A DNA stretch of 64,000 bases, taken from Candidatus Micrarchaeota archaeon (GTDB lineage Archaea > Micrarchaeota > Micrarchaeia > Micrarchaeales > CABMGC01). The stretch lies in NCBI GenBank assembly GCA_028867435.1, contig JAGWGI010000003.1:15-64014 (forward strand), written 5' to 3'. The position numbers and the translations under genes were made by a program. The notes beneath the pieces were generated by a model. The model was not told the origin of the DNA and made no database searches. It saw only the letters and a list, made by a program, of their open reading frames with translations. Positions 60,637 to 64,000 of this stretch are shown here, piece after piece; position 1 is the first letter of the stretch; the number at the start of each line of letters is the position of its first letter.

Positions 60637-61218
60637 CTATTTTGCCCATTCTCCGCCGAAAAGGGGCCGGAGCACTATGTGCGCTATTCCTCCAAGTAGC
60701 TTATTGATCTTGTTGCGCATTGAGTATATCGCATATGCCACCACAAAACTCAAGACTGCTCCGGCAATCACGTCAGTAAGGTAGTGCTGCCCCAGATACA
60801 CCCTTCCAAAGAGCACGAGCAAGAGCCACGCAAGGTAGAGAATTCTTAGGTACCTGTAGCCTTTTACAAAGAACAGCAGGCCTGTTAGAGTTGCGGCGTG
60901 GTTACTTGGAAAGGAGAAGCCGGATTCACATATCCCATTTGCCCAGGGAAAAGACTCGGCAGTGCACGGCCTGGGCTGCCTAAATATATCCTTTATTATC
61001 TCGGTCAGCAGGAAAAGCACGATAATGGAGAGTACAAGCGAGAAGACGTTCCTGTCCTTCCTGACGTACATATATATTATTATGGCCGCAAGCACGACAT
61101 AGAAGCTCTCGGCAAGATATTGCATAACTGTTGTGAGCGCAGGGCTTGCAAGTGAACCTGCGGCCTGGAAGGCTGCAGCGTTTATGGCGCTTACTATGTC
61201 CATGGAAACACCAAACAT
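60637..61218 (-). CDS. PAP2-family (type 2 phosphatidic acid / undecaprenyl-PP type) phosphatase
   Basis: It has KDIFRQPRP, FPSNHA and FGRVYLGQHYLTDVIAG (PAP2 motifs C1-C3). The start is set at ATG 61218. The longer track ORF overlaps the PIN gene on the other strand. Confidence 0.8.
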   Translation of the reverse strand: MFGVSMDIVSAINAAAFQAAGSLASPALTTVMQYLAESFYVVLAAIIIYMYVRKDRNVFSLVLSIIVLFLLTEIIKDIFRQPRPCTAESFPWANGICESGFSFPSNHAATLTGLLFFVKGYRYLRILYLAWLLLVLFGRVYLGQHYLTDVIAGAVLSFVVAYAIYSMRNKINKLLGGIAHIVLRPLFGGEWAK

Positions 61219-61261
61219 GCTTGTCTCATGTCTATAAATATTTTGGATTAAATGTTGACTT

Positions 61262-61630
61262 ATGAAATCTGTCATAATAGATACAAGTTCGATACTGTTC
61301 GGCTTGTCTAGCAACATCGACCCCTTCGCCAGGCTAAAGGAGAATTTCCCAGACCGCACGATAGTCGTCTCAACAGGCATCATCAGGGAGCTTACCTTGA
61401 TATCGAAGGAAAAACGGAAGGAGAGCGTGCATGCCAGGATAGGGCTTGCGCTGATAAAAAAGTATGGGGTGAAGGTGGTAAGAGGCGATGAGTATGTTGA
61501 TACCTGGATAATCAAACACTCCCTACGCGCTGAAGTGGTAGTATGCACCAATGATGTAGAGCTCAAGCAGAGGCTTGGGGGAAGAGGATGCGGAGTCTTT
61601 AGCCTTTCAAGAAGCGGGCTGCTGCGCTAG
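61262..61630 (+). CDS. PIN-domain protein (Fcf1/Utp24-like, conserved neighbour of rpoE')
   Basis: It has MKSVIIDTSSIL.. and ..VVCTNDVELKQRL... It is 122 aa and lies upstream of rpoE' and spt4. Confidence 0.65.
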   Translation: MKSVIIDTSSILFGLSSNIDPFARLKENFPDRTIVVSTGIIRELTLISKEKRKESVHARIGLALIKKYGVKVVRGDEYVDTWIIKHSLRAEVVVCTNDVELKQRLGGRGCGVFSLSRSGLLR

Positions 61631-61781
61631 GGAATTGGTGCAAGAGAAGTGGTTGGCAGGAGGAAATTCCAAGTAAGACGGGCAACCGAATACGCCAATT
61701 TCCCTCTGACGTTGATATCCGCCGTATTGTGGCGCGGCCTCAATGCCCAGATAAAGCAATCCCTATTTATTCTTAATCCTT

Positions 61782-61789
61782 CTATATAA
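61782..61789 (+). promoter_or_regulatory. TATA box upstream of rpoE'
   Basis: ctatataa lies 23 nt before the GTG at 61812 and 32 nt before the TTG at 61821. Confidence 0.4.
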
Positions 61790-61811
61790 TTGCTGAATTC
61801 TAACCCTAGCG

Positions 61812-62405
61812 GTGAGTTTTTTGTATTATGTCCACACAATAAGAGACACACTAAGCGTGCCACCTGCATATTTCGGCGTAGACCTAAATGACGCGGCTGC
61901 GCAGGTGCTCAGAAACAAGTACGAGAGGGTCATAGATAAGGATCTGGGAGTAGTGATAGCAGTCTTCAATGTTAGGGACATAAGCGATGGAACCATACTG
62001 CCTGGAGACCCGAACACGCACCACGACGTTACATTTGACGTTCTCTCATTTACTTTGGAAGTCGAGGAGGTCGTTGTCGGGGAGGTTTCTGAACTGGTAG
62101 AGTTCGGCAGCTTCGTGAGGATTGGTCCACTTGACGGGCTTGTGCACCTCTCGCAGGTAACAAGCGATTTCATCAACTTCGACAGGAAGACTGGAGTGTT
62201 CACTTCAAGGAACACAGGCAAGACGCTAAAGAAGGGAGACACGGTATACGCAAAGGTGTCTACGATAAGCATCAAGAATAGCGTGAAGGATTCCAAGATT
62301 GCGCTAACAATGCGCCCCGAGGGCCTCGGAAAACCGGAATGGATAATAGAGAAGCCAAGGGAGAAGCGTGAGGGAAAGCAAGGAAGGGGACGGGGCAGAA
62401 GGTAG
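61812..62405 (+). CDS. rpoE: DNA-directed RNA polymerase subunit E' (Rpo7)
   Basis: It has (M)YYVHTIRDTLSVPPAYFG.., an S1 domain ..GEVSELVEFGSFVRIGPLDGLVHLSQV, and a basic tail. The start is either GTG 61812 or TTG 61821, and the TTG gives the canonical M-Y-x4-[IL]-x-D spacing. Confidence 0.9.
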   Translation: MSFLYYVHTIRDTLSVPPAYFGVDLNDAAAQVLRNKYERVIDKDLGVVIAVFNVRDISDGTILPGDPNTHHDVTFDVLSFTLEVEEVVVGEVSELVEFGSFVRIGPLDGLVHLSQVTSDFINFDRKTGVFTSRNTGKTLKKGDTVYAKVSTISIKNSVKDSKIALTMRPEGLGKPEWIIEKPREKREGKQGRGRGRR

Positions 62406-62410
62406 ATGTT

Positions 62411-62599
62411 ATGGACAAAGCATGCAAGAACTGCAGACTCATAATTGCACAGGGGGAGCTGTGCCCTGTTTGCGGAGGCACTGCGCTCACATCCAAGTGG
62501 CACGGATACGTAGTTATCCTCAACGCCGAAAAGAGCGAAATAGCAAAGAAGCTGGAGATAAGGGTCAACGGCACATACGCACTCAGCCTAGCCGAGTGA
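62411..62599 (+). CDS. spt4: Transcription elongation factor Spt4 (RpoE'')
   Basis: 62 aa. CKNCRLII..CPVCGG is a zinc ribbon, followed by SKWHGYVVILN. Confidence 0.9.
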   Translation: MDKACKNCRLIIAQGELCPVCGGTALTSKWHGYVVILNAEKSEIAKKLEIRVNGTYALSLAE

Positions 62600-62664
62600 T
62601 TGTGAGCGAACGAACAGCTCAATAAAGTATTTAAACACCGCCAAGGAACTAGTTTTGTGTTGTA

Positions 62665-63207
62665 GTGAGAAACAAGCAGAATGGTATGCCGATCTTTAAC
62701 GAAAAGGCGATGGAGGAGATAGCAGAAGTGTACAGGAGGACAAGGGCAAAATATTATCTCAATACTGACCAGAGGGGATGGGTAGAGTCAATCACCCTAA
62801 AGAAGAATCATAGCGTGGACTTTATCGAGAAGCCAGGGGCCCAAAAGGAGACTGTGCACTTTAGGATAATGATGGAGGCTGGGCTTGTCGGAAGTCTAAT
62901 ACCGGGCACCCAGGTTCGTGAGAGGCTTGCAAACATAGCGGTTGTGGTAAAGGAGGAAAACCAGACTGCCATATTAAAAAAGAGGTTTTCAGAATTTGGG
63001 GGCAGTGGCTTTGAAACGCAGATGAAGCAGATACTGGAAAATTCAGGCCACAGTCCAATGGGTGCACTAGTCAATTCGCTTGCAGTAATAACTAGGCAGC
63101 TAGCAAGGCAGCTATCGTTCCCAGAGGCACACTCTCCAGAGGCGTATCTGGGTTTCAAGGTAGCGGAGGAAGCGCTTGGAGTGGCACTAGATCAATTGAA
63201 GAGATGA
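62665..63207 (+). CDS. Hypothetical protein
   Basis: 180-aa ORF co-oriented with rpoE' and spt4. I recognised no motif. Confidence 0.35.
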   Translation: MRNKQNGMPIFNEKAMEEIAEVYRRTRAKYYLNTDQRGWVESITLKKNHSVDFIEKPGAQKETVHFRIMMEAGLVGSLIPGTQVRERLANIAVVVKEENQTAILKKRFSEFGGSGFETQMKQILENSGHSPMGALVNSLAVITRQLARQLSFPEAHSPEAYLGFKVAEEALGVALDQLKR

Positions 63208-63546
63208 ACGTATTTAGGCAAAAAGATGCATGGTGAAAATGAGGGTGATAATTTCTGAGGGGAAAACAGACAAGATCCAAGGCTACTAGAGGGTGGATAC
63301 CAGCGGGAAAGGAGACTTGTTCTTAAAGGCGTATAGGGATCAGAGGGAATGGCCCAAGAGGGTCACATATTCGCAGTTCCCGCAGGGCCATGTGCTAAAT
63401 GTGGATGTTTACAGAAACTACTACGACAATAATTTGCATGTGGGGGTAATAAATGATACGGTAAGCGGCTTTGTGTATTAAGTACCAAAAATTACTACTT
63501 TTTACACAGAATTGGGACTTTTTACACAGGCGTACAACTAATGGCT

Positions 63547-63936
63547 TTAGGCTGCACAACTAGCCGAGCTCCCCCCGTTACTCGATTGGGGCAGCAGATT
63601 GTATTTCTGACCGTACTGTGCTGCATGTACAGCTCCACTTAGACTTGAGAAATTATATCCAAGAATATAACTTGCAGGTACATTGTCCCAGCCAATTCCG
63701 TGTGACTTGAAGAAGATTGCGTCATAGAGGTAGTATTGTGTGAAGTAAAATGAATTGAATTCTTTTAATGCCTGATAAGTTGCGTTTACGCTGTTGCCCT
63801 GTGATACCATCATCTCTACCAATGCAAGGGCTGCAGCACCATGATTGCAGTCTGGAAACGCTGTTGGATTATCACAGCATGGTCTATATGCAGTAAAAGC
63901 AATAGATGTAACGACTATGTTGATTTCTCCCCGCAA
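63547..63936 (-). CDS. Hypothetical Cys-motif protein (possibly 5'-truncated)
   Basis: It contains ..YRPCCDNPTAFPDCNHGAAALALVEMM... Only a TTG is available as a start, and an in-frame TGA lies just upstream. Confidence 0.3.
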   Translation of the reverse strand: MRGEINIVVTSIAFTAYRPCCDNPTAFPDCNHGAAALALVEMMVSQGNSVNATYQALKEFNSFYFTQYYLYDAIFFKSHGIGWDNVPASYILGYNFSSLSGAVHAAQYGQKYNLLPQSSNGGSSASCAA

Positions 63937-64000
63937 CCTAATTCATAACATCACCAACATTTAATAATTTTTGTTCCCAGATTCCTACAAACGACTATTC

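Noticed and set aside
61219-61566. Extra 116 N-terminal codons on the PAP2 phosphatase ORF
   Set aside because: This part is antisense to the PIN-domain gene (61262-61630) and has no PAP2 similarity. The PAP2 fold is complete from ATG 61218.
63497-63529. 13-bp direct repeat actttttacacag x2 spaced 20 nt apart, between two convergent ORFs
   Set aside because: It is short and contains oligo-T runs. Most likely it is a pair of terminator-like T tracts, and nothing else supports a function.

Overview
This is an archaeal chromosome segment. The archaeal assignment rests on RNA polymerase subunits Rpo6/RpoK and Rpo7/RpoE', Spt4, aRF1, an archaeal-type ProRS, a tRNA-Trp intron with a bulge-helix-bulge (BHB) motif, and A/T-rich TATA boxes about 27-30 nt upstream of tRNA 5' ends. 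The lineage cannot be fixed from sequence alone. The class III signal peptide (..LQ|SAIEYLTTYGWAILII) and the Asn/Ser/Thr-rich surface proteins are reminiscent of Thermoplasmata or DPANN-type acidophiles, but that is only an impression. The window contains the following blocks.

- **Housekeeping genes:** SMC, signal peptidase I, an M50 site-2 protease, geranylgeranyl reductase, rpoK, aRF1, ProRS, AlaX, a SufU/IscU-like scaffold, rpoE', spt4 and three tRNAs.
- **tRNA-Leu island (about 12.7-18.5 kb):** an AT-rich region at tRNA-Leu(UAG) with three nested copies of the tRNA 3' end. It holds a tyrosine integrase killed by one in-frame TAG, a cargo of membrane protein, mini-ORF and SDH/Clp-fold serine protease, plus AbiEi/Eii, VapBC, a PIN remnant and HicBA.
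- **Cell-surface operon (24.2-32.0 kb, minus strand):** four genes, including a candidate 1098-aa S-layer protein.
- **Glycosylation locus (about 32.2-50.6 kb):** predicted GDP-perosamine and UDP-xylose branches, GT2 and GT4 transferases, two FkbM methyltransferases, an alkaline-phosphatase (AP) superfamily enzyme and a divergent STT3/AglB-like GT-C enzyme.
- **Smaller AT-rich islets:** a 441-aa tandem Lrp-like protein, a DUF4143 ATPase, and Fic plus DUF2283 next to tRNA-Trp.
- **Pilin-like fusion:** a class III signal peptide protein fused to a large glycine-rich domain.

I recognised no rRNA gene, CRISPR array or IS transposase. Most extra ORFs in the six-frame track are antisense or out-of-frame shadows of real genes.
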